A DNA stretch of 64,000 bases, from contig MU058198.1 of the NCBI GenBank assembly GCA_013265495.1, forward strand, positions 2,802,419 to 2,866,418, in the 5' to 3' direction. The first letter of the stretch is position 1. Each line of letters opens with the position of its first letter. Made by a program: the position numbers and the translations under genes. This DNA comes from Vicugna vicugna (Eukaryota). Below the pieces are notes generated by a model. That model had not been told where the DNA came from, searched no databases, and saw only the letters and a list, made by a program, of their open reading frames with translations. Shown piece after piece: positions 23,596 to 36,300 of this stretch.

Positions 23596-24139
23596 AGGAT
23601 TCTAAATGGCTCCTTCCATAAGGAAGAGGAAAGATTTGGTAAAATTTCTACCACGGCTATTTCAGGAGTCCATGGAATGGCTAAAAGGAGGATTAAGGAT
23701 TTCTGAAGAAGATGGACATCTAAGGCTTCCTTGCCTTCCCCTCCTCCATGCTCATGACGGTGATCAGCATCATAGGAGGAAACTGCCTTTGTTTTAATTA
23801 TTAAGAACAGCCTTATCTGTTTGGTAGAAACGTCAAGGATTTTCTGCTAGACCAGTTACAGATGAGGCTGGTCTAAAGGTGCTTTGGGAGGCAGCCTGAC
23901 TTTCCCCATCCTGAGACGAGGGAAGAGGGCCTTGGGCAGGCAGAGATCCCTAAAGTAGAAGCCAGTGTGGTGGCTGGGCTTCCTCCAAGACTGGAAGGCT
24001 GCCATGCGCAGAACAGTTCCATGAAAGGCATCTCCCCAGTGCTGGCAGCCAAAGCAAATAAAAATTCATTGAGACAGAGCATCCTCCAATGCTGCTTGTC
24101 TGGTCGAGCAAGAAGGCTGGCCCCCTTATTGGTCGAAGC

Positions 24140-25110
24140 AGGTTGACTCTTCTTGAGTCAGTTTTGGTGATTTATCTTTTCCTAGAAAAACATCCATTTC
24201 ATCCAACTGTTCAGTTTATAAGCGCAGACACGCATGGCCTCACAACTGTATTTTGAATCAGCCAGCGATTGGCTGGAGTATTATTTCAATAGTGTCGAAT
24301 ATGGCTAGTGAACCTTCTGAGCCTTGAGTAGCTGACAATAGCTTCCTGTTACTGCACATGGGGACAGCAACTTGGCTGTGTGTAGAGACCTGGGCTTGCA
24401 AGCTTCTGGAACCCCTTCTGTCTGATGCTGCAGAGGTAAAATCTGAGGCCAGGCTAGCTCATCCTTTGTAGGTAAGCTTTCCACTTGAATATCTGTAGAA
24501 TTCTTTTCCTTGAAGTTAGAACTTTACCAGGATGCATGTCTAGGTTTTGGTGTCTTTCTATGATTTTTTTCTTTTCCTGATGCCATTTGCCCTCTTTTGA
24601 AACACAGATTTGGATTTTTTTATTTCAAGAAACTTTCTTTTCCTCATATAGAACTTTGTTTCTGTTACATTTGTTTTGGTATCTTGTTCATGGATACAAA
24701 TTTTCTTTGCACTACCTCTTTCGTATGTCCCATCTCTCACAATCTATCCTCTTCCTCTGAATCCTGGGGAACTTTTTCATACCTGTGCCTCATTTCTGCA
24801 TTGTTCATTTCGCTGTTACTGTATCAAATGCATTTCTAAATGGTTTGATTTCTTTCTGCCTCTAAACCATAATCATTTTTATCTCTTTTTCTTTTCATCT
24901 CAGCTATGTTTTTGTTTCATGATGCCTGCATTTTCTTTCATTCTATTGAAAGTACAAAGCAAATGCTACTGGAATGGACTTCTATTTCCTTTGGTAAGTC
25001 ATTTTCAAAAACATATTTGTCCTCTGTCCATTTTATGACATTGACAGTTTTCATAGGCTTCGCATTTTTTCCTTTGCATTTTTAATTGATGAGAGTTCCA
25101 GGTATTTCCT
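24140..25110 (-). mobile_element. Very old L1M/HAL1-like fragment
   Basis: tttatcttttcctagaaaaacatccatttcatcc and ctgatgctgcagaggtaaaatctgaggccagg..cctttgtaggtaa; T-rich body. Confidence 0.55.
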
Positions 25111-25309
25111 CTGAGTAGAGGACAGTGGATCCTGAGCTGGAAGATTTTGCAAGGTCAGGGATTGAGCATCCTGGGGGACAGGGAAGGAAGGTGAGGCCAC
25201 AGACAGTCCCAGCCCTGGACTGTGCTTTCTCCACATTTGACAAAGCCACAGTGGCAGGGTTCCTACACCCCAGGTCTCCAGCCCTCTCAAAATCAGGGAG
25301 CGGGAGATG

Positions 25310-25830
25310 GTGTTGTGAGGCTCAGGACTCTTGTGTACAAGTGACATTAAAACAAACCCAGGCTGTCTTGAGCAAAAGAGAACTTTTTCTCTTATATAAC
25401 TGCAAAGTTCAGGGGTCAATCTGGCTTCAGGTATGGCTGGGTTCAGGAGTATCAAAAACAATGCATCAAATCTCTCTCTTTTCTCCGCTCCATGTGTTGA
25501 CTTCATCCTCAGGCTCCTAATGATGACATGATGCTTACTACAGCTTCAGCTCTCATATCCTCACAATTCCAAATATACCAGAAAGAATATTTTCTTCCCT
25601 CCCAGCATTCCCAGGAAAAGTCTGGTTGTAGATTCATTGGCTCTGATTAGATCACATGCTCATCTTTGAACTAGGAAGTGGGATGTTCTGCTTGGTTTAG
25701 GCATGGGTCATAGTCCCACTTCTCAAGCAGAGTTTGGAATCTGCCCCATCCAAATCCTAAAAAAGAAGTATTTGGGATTAGTACTATAAAAAGGATGAAT
25801 GGATGGGAGTGACACAAACAATAGATGTCC
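25310..25830 (-). mobile_element. MLT1 (K/L-like) LTR
   Basis: ctcaggactcttgtgtacaagtgaca..ggcttcaggtatggctgggttcaggagtatcaaa..gattcattggctctgattagatcacatgctcatctttgaac. Confidence 0.7.
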
Positions 25831-25914
25831 ATTGTAGACACATTCTCCACTTAATTCTGTAAACCACTCTCCTTCTTCAGAGGGGTAGGTAGTGAATTGG
25901 CCCAGCAAGGATGC

Positions 25915-26085
25915 AGTGTACTGCTGGGCAGGTCGTGCACAACACGACCATGCCACGTTTAAAGGGGCCCAAGTCACATCATAAACATGATAGATTTGTA
26001 TAACTTTTTTATAGTTTCCCAACAGATGGAAGTATTGAATGGGGCACCTTTTACTAATTGCATAAAGGTGACTTATAAGGCTGAT
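25915..26085. mobile_element. MER91-like hAT-Tip100 remnant
   Basis: agatttgtata..cagatggaagta..ggggcaccttttactaattgcataaaggtg resembles MER91B. Confidence 0.5.
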
Positions 26086-26689
26086 ATCAAATGGCAGGCC
26101 TCTTGAGGTACAGTTTCTCAATGGTTCCTCCTGCAAGCTGGAGTTCCTTTCCCGAGGCTGCCTGTCCTGATGCACTTTCTTCAGCTTATTTTGCATGGTT
26201 AAGTATGTAAATTTTCAATCCTGTGTCATTTCCCAGAAATAGAAATCCCATTGCTGATGCAGGATTATTCTTCTTTCCTGCCTCCATGCCCAGCCCCCAA
26301 ACATAAACCTTCACTAAGAAATCAAAGCTTTCTCCATCCCTTACCTCTTAGGTGTTGAGCGTTTCTGGTGGGAAAGAGTGGTGGGGAGTCCATTCTGGAG
26401 CAGGGGGATTAGGCTCTGCAAGAGGAGAGGCCCCTATCCGCTTCCATTTGGGAGTTAACGGGTCATCAAGTTGGTAGTGACCTCAAAGCACCCCAGGAAG
26501 CAGCAATCCTGATCTTTCTCTGCCTTGAGCATGTCATGTCTATCCTCTGGGCTTTTACAGAGGGAGCAGGGCCGGACCATTTCTGAAGGCTTTTCTAGCT
26601 CTCAGCTGATGCTTGGGGATGTCCTTCCAATGTGAAAATAAAAACATTTCAACAGATGCTACATAATCTCGGTGACAACCATTTCTTCA

Positions 26690-26820
26690 ATGCTAATATA
26701 CAATATGTGAGGCACCGCCTGAGGTGTTTTAGACACACAATGTCATTTCGTCCCACAGGTATATACCACTGTCACCCCCATTTTATAAGTGAGGAAAGTG
26801 AGGCTCGGAGACACTGAATG
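26690..26820 (-). mobile_element. MIR fragment
   Basis: cccccattttataagtgaggaaagtgaggctcggaga. Confidence 0.75.
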
Positions 26821-26854
26821 ACACCTGTTTGTGTAATAAAAATTCAGTTAGCTC

Positions 26855-27100
26855 TTAGGGGTAGGAAGGGATAAATTGGGAATCAGAGATGTGCAAATAC
26901 TGACTACTATATATAAAATAGATAAAAAAAAACTAATTTCTTGTCTACAGCACAGGGAACTATATTCAATACCTTGTACTAACCTATAATGAAAAAGAAT
27001 ATGAAAATGAATATTTATGTATATGTATGACTGAAACATTATGCTGTATACCAGAAATTGACACAACATTGGAAACTGACTATATACTTTGATTTTTTAA
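26855..27100 (+). mobile_element. Young L1 3' UTR fragment
   Basis: ggaagggataaattgggaatcagagatgtgcaaatactgactactatatataaaatagata..gcacagggaactatattcaatacc..ccagaaattgacacaacatt; closely related to 18362-18620. Confidence 0.9.
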
Positions 27101-27214
27101 AACACTTTAGAAATTTAGAAAAGCTCTTATACCCATGACTTTATATGAGATTTCCTAAATATAGTGACAAAAATAGTATTAATTTTAATGACTCAGATTT
27201 GTACAACAAATGTG

Positions 27215-27410
27215 GATGAGCGTGCAATATGGGTCAGACAGGGCCGTGTTCAGTTTTGGGCTTTGTTCCTTAATACCTCTTTGGCCTCAAGCTCTGATTT
27301 TCTCTTCTGTAAAATGGAGGTGATAACACTTGCCTCGTAAGATGGTCAGGAGGATGAAATGAGTCAATAGGACCATTTGGCAGTGATATAAGTAAATCCT
27401 CAGTAACTAT
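27215..27410 (+). mobile_element. MIR SINE
   Basis: gattttctcttctgtaaaatggaggtgataacacttgcctcgtaagatggtcaggaggatgaaatgag. Confidence 0.75.
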
Positions 27411-28539
27411 GTTCCTCCTTGCTTATTTACCTGTTAACTTGAGTTTCCATAGTCGTAATTTTTCACACCAGACAATATGAATTTAATTGTCTCACAAGAC
27501 ATTCCTTGCATCTTTCCACACATCTGTTATCCAACCAGCATTTTCTTTCTTCAAGCCAGAGGCCTTTGAGTGACTTCCCTTTAAGAAAGCCTCCTTGTTA
27601 TTTCCACCAGAGCCTCTTGATGAGTGTTTGAGACGATTTTAAAGCATAAACAGTGGAAAACGCGTTATTATCATTTCCTTTCCAGCCCCATTTCAAAATG
27701 AAAGGAAAATGTGTTTGGGGAAAAATTCACTTACAACTTTGGCCAGATGCCCAAACGCTCAAAAGAGCCTAACAAACAGAGCAAAGTTGAACTCTCTCTA
27801 AATAAGATCGCCATGTCTCTGATTCTACGCTGGGGAAAGCTCTTACAGCGACCCATTTGCTAATGATAGCCCGGACATCAATAATGGAATGTGAAAGACA
27901 ATCTTCTAATCAATTTTTTTTTCTGCTGGTTTAGATTAAAGCACAGAAAAAAAATGCCCACATGCTCCATCTGCTTCCTCTAAGATTTCTGGTAGGCTGG
28001 AGCCCAATTATGGCTGCCTTATCCATTTTTAATAATCTACTTATGATCATGCAAACACAGGGTGTGATTATACCCACATCAGCTTCTGTTTCAGAGCTTC
28101 CATCCCATCCATAATTAATAAGCCCCTTGGTGCATCGGAGGGGAGCTGGAGGAGAGATGTGAGGGATTCTTAAGTAGGATAGCCTTTTCCGTTGTTGTTC
28201 ATTCATTCATTTTACAAACCTTTCCTGACATCTACAGCGTGCCGGGCGCAGTGCTAGACACCAAGAAAGTACACACTCTGTGTCTCTCTCAAGCAGCTCA
28301 CAGACTTGATGCATAAGCACATATGTTTGTGGTGTGGATTGCTTGTCTTTAAACCAGAAAATTCAGCTGCGGAGACAACCGAGATGCTTTATGTTCTCAA
28401 ATTATGAAGTACAGGATCATTAGATTACTCTTTATTATTACAAATATAATTCTAGGAAGGCCTTTTTGGGTACCAATTTCTTCTATTTGAGAGAGAGTGA
28501 GCTATATTGGGGAGGTAATCAATTTAGTAAAGGGGGCCA

Positions 28540-28680
28540 GAGTAGTAAGAACTTTAAAGGTACAGTCAGGCAGCCTGGGTTCAAGTTCCCGCTTTGTCCT
28601 GTGTGACCTCAGACAAGTTCCTCCACCTCTCTGAGCCTGTTTCAGCATTACAAAGTGAGGAAAACGCACTCATTGCTAGG
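28540..28680 (+). mobile_element. MIR SINE fragment
   Basis: cagcctgggttcaagttccc..tgtgtgacctcagacaagttcctccacctctctgagcctgtttc. Confidence 0.8.
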
Positions 28681-28801
28681 CTTCTCTGCCATGATGCACA
28701 CGAATTCGTTGTATGGATTGCAAAGGGCTCCGTGAGTACAGTGGAGAAAACTCAGTCTTGCTGATCAGAACTATGATAAAACCGCTCCATCCTTGTTTTC
28801 T

Positions 28802-28893
28802 TTTTTATTTTTAACGGAGGTACTAGGATTTGAACCCAGGACCTCACATATGCTAGGCATGCACTGTACCACTGAGCTATACCCCCACCCCCG
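28802..28893 (-). mobile_element. Camelid Vic-1-like SINE, short form, with 13-bp TSD
   Basis: ggaggtactaggatttgaacccaggacctcacatatgctaggcatgcactgtaccactgagctataccc; TSD atccttgttttct at 28789-28801 and 28894-28906. Confidence 0.92.
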
Positions 28894-29699
28894 ATCCTTG
28901 TTTTCTGGTCCCGTCTCCCCACCCAGTTATCGCAGTCAAGGAAAGACCCAAGCCTTCACATTCGAGACTAGAATGAAGTATTTCACAATAACCAAGGTAC
29001 AAATTCTTGTTCTGGTTTGCAAACAATGCAAACCGCCTCTCAATTCTTAGCACAAAGGGGATATCTGGGGAAGGATATTGGGGACTCACACTTTTGCAGA
29101 AGGCTAGATAACTGAATTTAGTACGTGTGCTGTGATTCTTGGCTGAAAGTGTAATTGAATCAATCATTTACCACCCATTCCATTGTCAGCATTCCAGCTG
29201 CCAGACCTTCTGACATCCTTTCCGGGGCGTCCTCACCCTCCTGTCTCAAAGGCTTCCTTGTCGGGCTGGAGTGGTCCTCTCCTGCCAGACTTGGCTTCTT
29301 AGTCCACCTTAGAGGCAGCCTCTGTCTCCCTTCAAAATTCCCACTGCCAGTCTTGATGGAGAATTCCAGCCATCTATAACCTGTGATGTATAGCTGACTG
29401 AAACCTACAAACGTTCATCTCTGGCAGTAACTGAGCAGTACCAAAGGAGGCTGGCGGGGAACAAATGCCTTATTTCCCAGGAGGGAGACGCGCTTTCATC
29501 TGGTCTGGTCCCAGAGGGCTACCTGGAGGGGGTGGGATGGGGCGGCTGAACTAAGATCCCACGGAGGGGTAGGAGTCAGGCAGATAGTGAGTGAGCCACC
29601 AGGTGGCTGCAGACCCGGAGAGTTCTGATAACATACAGCCCCAGCTCCGGCCGGCCTCCTCCCCACCCTGATGGCCAGCCCCGTGGCTCTTCCCCAACC

Positions 29700-30095
29700 A
29701 TCAAGCACATCTTCTTCCCTAAGGCTTTCGCACTAGCTCTTTGCACTGGAATTCTCTTCCCCCAGGTGGCCACATGGCTTGCTCCCCCATTTCACTGAAA
29801 TCTCTGCTTCGATGTGAGTGAGACGCTCCCTATACAGTATTTAAAATTACAACCACCCCTCCCCCCAGTACACACCAGAGCACCCCCCATCCTACCTCTG
29901 GGTCTTATTTGCCTTTATAGTAATTATCACTGTACACTATATCATTTACTTTTTTTTTTTTTGGTGGGAGGAGTCTCTCTTCCCCTCTGGGCAGGAATTG
30001 TCATCTGTTCTGTTCACTGCTGTAAGCCCCGGCACCTAGAACCCTTCCTGACACATCATGGGCTCCCAGGAAATATTTGCGGAAGGAACGGATGA
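29700..30095 (+). mobile_element. L2 LINE 3' end; its terminus is duplicated at ~30237-30368
   Basis: ggctttcgcactagctcttt..tctgttctgttcactgctgtaagccccggcacctagaa..aaatatttgcggaaggaacggatga. Confidence 0.75.
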
Positions 30096-30504
30096 CACAG
30101 CTACAGTCATGTCATGGGCTTTGAATGTGTATGGTTCATTTCTGGCCCCCTAGACATGTGGCCCACTCTGGGGGTTTATCAGGGACACTAGACTTGCAGG
30201 CACCATCCTGCTCATCCTTGTCTCTGCTTGTATTCTGTGGGAGGAGTCTCTCTTTCCCTCTGGGCAGGAATTGTCATCTGTTCTGTTCACTGCTGTAAGC
30301 CCCGGCACCTAGAACCCTTCCTGACACATCATGGGCTCCCAGGAAATATTTGCGGAAGGAACGGATGACACAGCTACAGTCATGTCATGGGCTTTGAATG
30401 TGTATGGTTCATTTCTGGCCCCCTAGACATGTGGCCCACTCTGGGGGTTTATCAGGGACACTAGACTTGCAGGCACCATCCTGCTCATCCTTGTCTCTGC
30501 TTGT
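29964..30504 (+). repeat. Direct tandem duplication, 2 x 268 bp with a 5-nt spacer
   Basis: 29964-30231 matches 30237-30504 with one visible substitution (tctcttcccc vs tctctttccc); spacer attct at 30232-30236. Confidence 0.95.
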
Positions 30505-30799
30505 GGCTTGGGGGCAGCTGCCCCAGCTGCATCGGAACCGAGCTAAACCCAGTTGGCTGCTGGCACTGAGAGCCAGTACCCTGTGCCTGCTGGGGAGGTG
30601 GTTCTTGATTCAGAGAGGCCTGGAGGCTGGACGGGGCCCTGGGATGTCTGTGGAAGGCGAGGTCCCAGGGGAGCTGGAGAAGACTCGCGACCCTCAGACC
30701 AGCCTCGGTTCTCTCTGTTAGGCACATCATCCAGATGACGATTTCATTTGTAATCCAGAGCTGGGGAGGGAGCTTCCTTCCAGGAGTCAAGGGTCAATG

Positions 30800-31270
30800 G
30801 ATTTTAAAATTATATAATGCAAATCACCTATCACGGCCTCCAAGATCTTGGCCACTGCTGACCTCAGTGGCCCCCGGCTGACCGTGCTCACTGGAGCCAC
30901 GCGGGCCCTCTCTATTTCCTGAACTCGCTGACCTACCTTCCTGCCTCAGAGCCTTTTCACTTGAATCCTAGAATGAGTGTGCATCTCCTTCCCTCATCAT
31001 TCAGACCTGAGCCCAGTGTATCCATCGGAGAGACCTTCTTCTCCAGTAGCCTCTCCCATCCTGTTTATTTTCTCTGTAACATATTTCACTTACTTGTTTA
31101 ATTTTCACTGCCTGTCTTTCCAGCCCCACCCTAGGAAGGTGAGCTCTGCGGAGGGTGGGAGACAGGAGGTGGGGGGGTTATTTACCACTTTAGCCTTGAT
31201 GCCAAGCACAGCACCCTGCACTTAATAATAGGTACTCAGTAAATGTTTGTTGAATGACTAAATGAATGAC
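30800..31270 (+). mobile_element. L2 LINE 3' end
   Basis: cctgcctcagagccttttcacttg..aagcacagcaccctgcacttaataataggtactcagtaaatgtttgttgaatgactaaatgaatga. Confidence 0.8.
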
Positions 31271-31384
31271 TGCACCAACAGGCCTAGGAGGCACTCTTGT
31301 TTTAGGCCCTAAAGGCGACTGGTGTGGCTGCATGTCTCAGTTATTAGGCAGGACTCTGTTCAGTTTCTTTGAAGAGAGTCGGCA

Positions 31385-31605
31385 GCAACAGTTGCAAACA
31401 GGTAGGATGCAGAGCCAGAAGCAGCCTGTGGATTTGTTGAAGCGGTTTGATTGGCCTCCCACAGTGTTTTCAAGGCAGACTAACCAGGCACCTGGTATCC
31501 TTGCCATCCCAGCTGTTTAGCATCCATTGTCATACCTTCTTCCTGTCTCGCACATCTCTGTTACCTGCCTGGCTCCTGCAGCATTTGAACTTACCTACCC
31601 TAGTC
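31385..31605. mobile_element. hAT-Charlie (MER102-like) remnant
   Basis: gttgcaaac..tttgattggcctcccacagtgtttt..cagcatttgaacttacctaccct; similar remnants at ~38165-38505 and ~47235-47420. Confidence 0.45.
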
Positions 31606-32929
31606 TGTTGGGTCATTTTGGACCCAAGACACACAGACACCTTCTGTGGCTTCTGCTGTGCTCGTGGATCAGAGTCGACTCTCAGGATGCTGGCTAGGGG
31701 ACCGGTTTTCTCACGTGTCTCTGACGTTCCCAGGCTCAGGGTGGGCAGCAAAAGTATGGCTACTGGCTTTCATCTTTCCAGAGGAGTTGAGCAAGGTTGA
31801 CAGATGAGAGGAAAGGAGAGGAAAGGTTTGCGACGTCCTGGGTGGGGATCCATGATAGCCGGTAGTAGGTCTGTTTTGATCCATACTAACATCCTCAGTG
31901 CCTAACACAGCTTCGAAAACAGTGGATGCTAAGATGATACTGAGTTCAATTTTTAAATGGCTCTGGGTAAAATGACAGTGCTTGCTTTTGAATTTACAGC
32001 ATCCCTGTTTAGTTAGGTTTAATTATTTTCCCCATTAGCCTGGTAAGAATTGCAGAGAAAGCAGATAATGGTGGTTTCAGTGTCCTGGAATGCCTTTAAA
32101 GAGGCAGTGGGGCAAAAGTGACAGTGTGTGGGGGCGACCTCAGAAAAAAATCCAACATATCTGCCAATGCCAGCTTAGCCTAAGAATTCTGGCACAAGGT
32201 TCCTACTCCCATCAACTTGAACTTGACAGGTAACAACTCACTTGAGGCAAAAGGCCTTTTGGCCCTCAAGATGAAGGTATGTTGTCAAGGCTCCTGTGCT
32301 CTAGAATCCCAAGATCTCTACACTACCATCCAGCTTTGTCAGCCACAGGTGTACTGTTTGCATCTCTGCTGTCACATCCACTTCCGAGTCTCCCACGTCC
32401 TTGAACGTCCAGCCCCCTTAGCCATGGTGATTGGTTCACAGTACGAGATGAACCATAGTGTCTGTGGCAGGACTTTCCTGCCAGAGTCATCAGGGCAACT
32501 TCATCTTCCTATTGGAGCTGTTGGGCTGATAAGATGCCTGGCCCTGGGACATGGATAAAACAACAAGCGGGTGAGGAGGAGCAGAGAGAGGCCGGGGTCT
32601 GGGGACATCATCCATACCCTGGGAACCAGTGGGGGCTGCACATTCCCATTTAGTGGCAAAAGTGCTCTCCCCATTTCAGCCCTTTCTGTTTTGCTTTCTG
32701 TTTGCAGCCCAAAGAGTCCTCCCAAACTCTTAATGGTCATGAGTCCACCAGCTCCTGCAAACAGCTTTCTGCCCTGAGATCTTGTCCGCCTGCCACCTGA
32801 GCTCTGCTGGGCACTCAGACTGGCTCTCCGCCTACTGATTCACGATGGTCTTGAGAAGGGCCTCCCTCGTAGACATTCTGTGAACAGACATGCTGGCTGT
32901 GGGTGCTCTCAGGGAAGCCGCAAGTACAT

Positions 32930-33130
32930 TGTGTTAGTTTCCTAAGGCTGCTGTAACAAGTTACCACAAAGTCAGCAGCTTAAAACAATGGTAAGAGTTT
33001 ATCCTCACAAGCAGTGAAGGACAAAACCCAAAATCAGTAGCACGGGGCCAAAATCAAGTTGTTGGCAGGACCCTGCTCCTTCTGGAGATTCTTGGGGAGA
33101 ATCTTTTCCTGGCGTCTTCCAGCTTCTGGA
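32930..33130 (-). mobile_element. MLT1B/C-like LTR fragment
   Basis: tgtgttagtttcctaaggctgctgtaacaagttaccacaaa..cttaaaacaa..aaaatcaagttgttggcagg..ggagaatcttttcctggcgtcttccagcttctgg. Confidence 0.85.
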
Positions 33131-33219
33131 CACATGATTATTTATGCTATTCCAGACGCATAAAAAACATACTTCTATGTTTATTTTACTGGCAAGTAAC
33201 TGGATTTCCCTAATACACA

Positions 33220-35400
33220 ATTCTGAACATAGATGCAGAAAACCTGAATGATATAGAAGCCAATAGTATTCAGCTAAATTAGCACAAATAAATATCTATC
33301 TAGAGAATTTGGTGGTAGTGGGGATTTATTGTAGCTAAGTAGGATTTCTTCCAAGAATGCTTAGAATAGGGCTTGCTATTAGGAAGCTTAATAATACAAT
33401 TAAAGCACCATAGCAGGTAAAAAGAAGGAAAAACTCACAATCAGTTGAATGTCTTTAAAATCAGGCATTGATAGAAGTCAGTGGTCATTTCTGAAAACAA
33501 GATACGAAATTAGGACTAGTAGAAAGTCTTTTTTACTTATCTGTCTAGCCTCCTACATTATGTTTAAGTGGCATTTAAAGCCTAGAACAACACTACAATG
33601 ACTGCAACTATTTAGTATTGTTCTGGAAGGTATAGCCAATGTAATAAGACAAGAAAAAAGTGAAGCTAGACTCAGATTCTGAAAAGAAGTCATCTTTTTT
33701 TTTTCCTGATTAGCACATGATGGTATTGTCTGCCCACAAAACCAAAGAGAATCAATAGACAGTCTATAGGAACTGATAAGAGTGCTTAGCAAAGCTTGGC
33801 AGAGGAGAAAATACATACACACACACACACGCAAAACAACAACAACCAGTTAACAGTATTGTGTATGTTGAGGGAGTAGGTTGTTATAACGGAAATAAAA
33901 TGTTAAATACTTAAACAAATGCCCAGAATATATATGAACTATTAAACTTCACTAGATAATGTAAAGAAAGGCCTGAATGAGTGGAGGGCATGACATGTAC
34001 CTGAATATTAAATCTCAAATTAATCCAGTCCTTTCATTTGAGTAAATGGAAACACCAATGAAAAGAAAAACCTTGACTTTTAGGGTTCATCTGGAGAGCA
34101 ATGAGAACACTAGATAAAATTGAATTTGGAGAGTAAGATTATTATATTAAAACAAATTTATAACAATTAAAAGTATAGTACTGCTATAAGAAAGATCAGT
34201 AGAGTAGAATCGAAAATCCAAAACATTTTTGGTTTATTATATAAGGTGGAACTTGAATCAGTGGGAAAGACTTATTCAGGAAATGGTGTTGGGGGGGTGG
34301 GGTGAGGATATAGCTCAGTGGTAGAGCACATGCTTAGCATGCACAAGGTCTGGGGTTCAATCCCCAGTACCTCCAGTAAAAATAAATAAATAAACCTAAT
34401 CACCTCCCCCCACCAAAAAAATTAATTAAAAAGAAAGATTCAGTTAAAAAAAAAAAGAAATGGTGTTGAGACAACTGATTAGCCACTTGGAAAATAATTT
34501 CTCCCTCACATATATCAAAATGTCTCAACATGATTGCAGATTTAAATGCTAAAAATAAAACCACTTTATGGTTAAGGAATGGTGAAAATTTTCTAAGCAT
34601 GACCCAAAAACAGAAGACGTGAAGGAAAAGACTAAGAATCTGGACTATGTAAAAATGTTAAAGCATTTTTTACACCAAAGAAATACTGTCAAACATTAAC
34701 TATCCTGAACTCGTAAAGATTTATAACATATAAATAATAGACAGACAGCCTAATAGCAAATCAGGCAATGAGCATGAAGAAGCAGAGTGGAAATTCAAAC
34801 AGACAATCTACAAATGAGAGAAAAGTGCTCAACTCAGTAGTTATGAAAAAATGAAGTAGAATAATAACAGCATTTTTCACTTATGAAATTGAAAAATGTG
34901 AAACTATCCTCTTGTAGTGTTATTATGAATGTCAGTTGTTGTAACACTTCTGGAAGGAAACTTGGCTGTTTGTTGAAAAGCCTTAGACTCACACATTCAG
35001 AAACTCTGCTTTTTAGAAAACAATTTCAAGGAAATAAAAGGTAGATGCATATTTAACTTCAAGGATGTTTAATATAGTTTTGCTTGAATATTTTAAAATG
35101 CAAACAAATATCCAAGAGAGCAGATTGGTATGGAATACTATGCAACTGTTTAAAGAACTGAAGTACATAAATATAAACTATTAACCTGGACAATTATCCA
35201 TTGTCTATTAACAAGTTTTTAAAAGTTACAGAACATCACATTCATTTAGTGTGATGCTGTTTACTTTTTGAAAATACACGCACAAAACCATACAAACTGA
35301 AATTTTTTAAAAGCCTGGAAGAATATACAACACACTGTTAATAATCCTTATTGCTACATGATGGGATTATACAGGATCTTCGATTTTTTTTTCCTTTTTA
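33220..35400 (+). mobile_element. Old L1M (L1ME-like) ORF2 and 3' region
   Basis: A-rich with ORF2 relics: tattgttctggaaggtatagccaatgtaataagacaagaaaaa, aaatggtgttgagacaactg, tggaatactatgcaactgtttaaa. Confidence 0.8.
34292..34456 (+). mobile_element. Camelid Vic-1-like SINE, long-tail form, with 12-bp TSD, inside an old L1
   Basis: tatagctcagtggtagagcacatgcttagcatgcacaaggtctggggttcaatccccagtacctcc; TSD gaaatggtgttg at 34280-34291 and 34457-34468. Confidence 0.93.
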
Positions 35401-36154
35401 CTTATCCGATGTGTTATTTCCATGTAAATCAGCCAGAGAATGCGAAGTCAAGAAATATTTCAAAGTCAACAGGAGTTAAGTTTCAGATCCATTTCTAAGC
35501 CTGAGCCATACCCAGGACTTTTGTTAATCTAAAGATGAATCCATCCACAACCATGCTCCATCTTACAATGCCGGGCATTGACTTGTTTCTTTTCGGAGTT
35601 AATTCTGCTGCCGCAGCATTCTGAGGTCTCCTGAGCTGGGGGTGCCTATTTAACTAGCAGTCCTTTGTGTCCCTTGCCAGATTTATTCAGCAGTTTCTCT
35701 GGTGCTTTTCCTAATTGAATAAAACCCGTAATTTCACTTTTAAAATACATGAGCCCATTAGTGTCAGTAATTAAACATTAACAAGTATGAAGATGGCCCA
35801 TTAATGAAACAGCAGTTTTAGGAGGCTCCCCCAGTAGGGTCTATAGGGAGAATCACTTATAAATGCTGTCCCCTGAGGATTTCTGATGGACCTGTTTGTG
35901 GTCATCTGAACAGCAGTGGGACCTACAATGAAATCAGCAGTTTCCTGACAGGTATTAAACTGCGAGATCTGCAGCTGGGATTTTTATTGTTGAAAGAGCA
36001 GAAGGAAGCCCAGTGAAGCTGGAGGTGGGGTTGGGGAGTCTCTGTAAAACTAGCCCTCCGAGGCAGGGCTGATTCTGATTTCTCTTCTGTTAGAAGCCTC
36101 CTGCGTCAACCCTGCTGGACAAACCTTTAAGCAAAAGATCTCTCTCCCCATTCA

Positions 36155-36300
36155 AGAGGCAGCATGGTATTGTGAAGATATGGCCTTAGCATCAGCCAGA
36201 CGTGGGTTCAAACCCGGCTCTGCCACTTTCTAGCTCTGCCATCTTGGGTAGGTTATTGCAAATTACTCAGTCTGCCCAGGACTCAGTCTCCTGCTTCAAG
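36155..36300 (+). mobile_element. MIR SINE 5' part
   Basis: gaggcagcatggtattgtg..agccagacgtgggttcaaacccggctctgccactttctagct..cttgggtaggtta. Confidence 0.8.
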
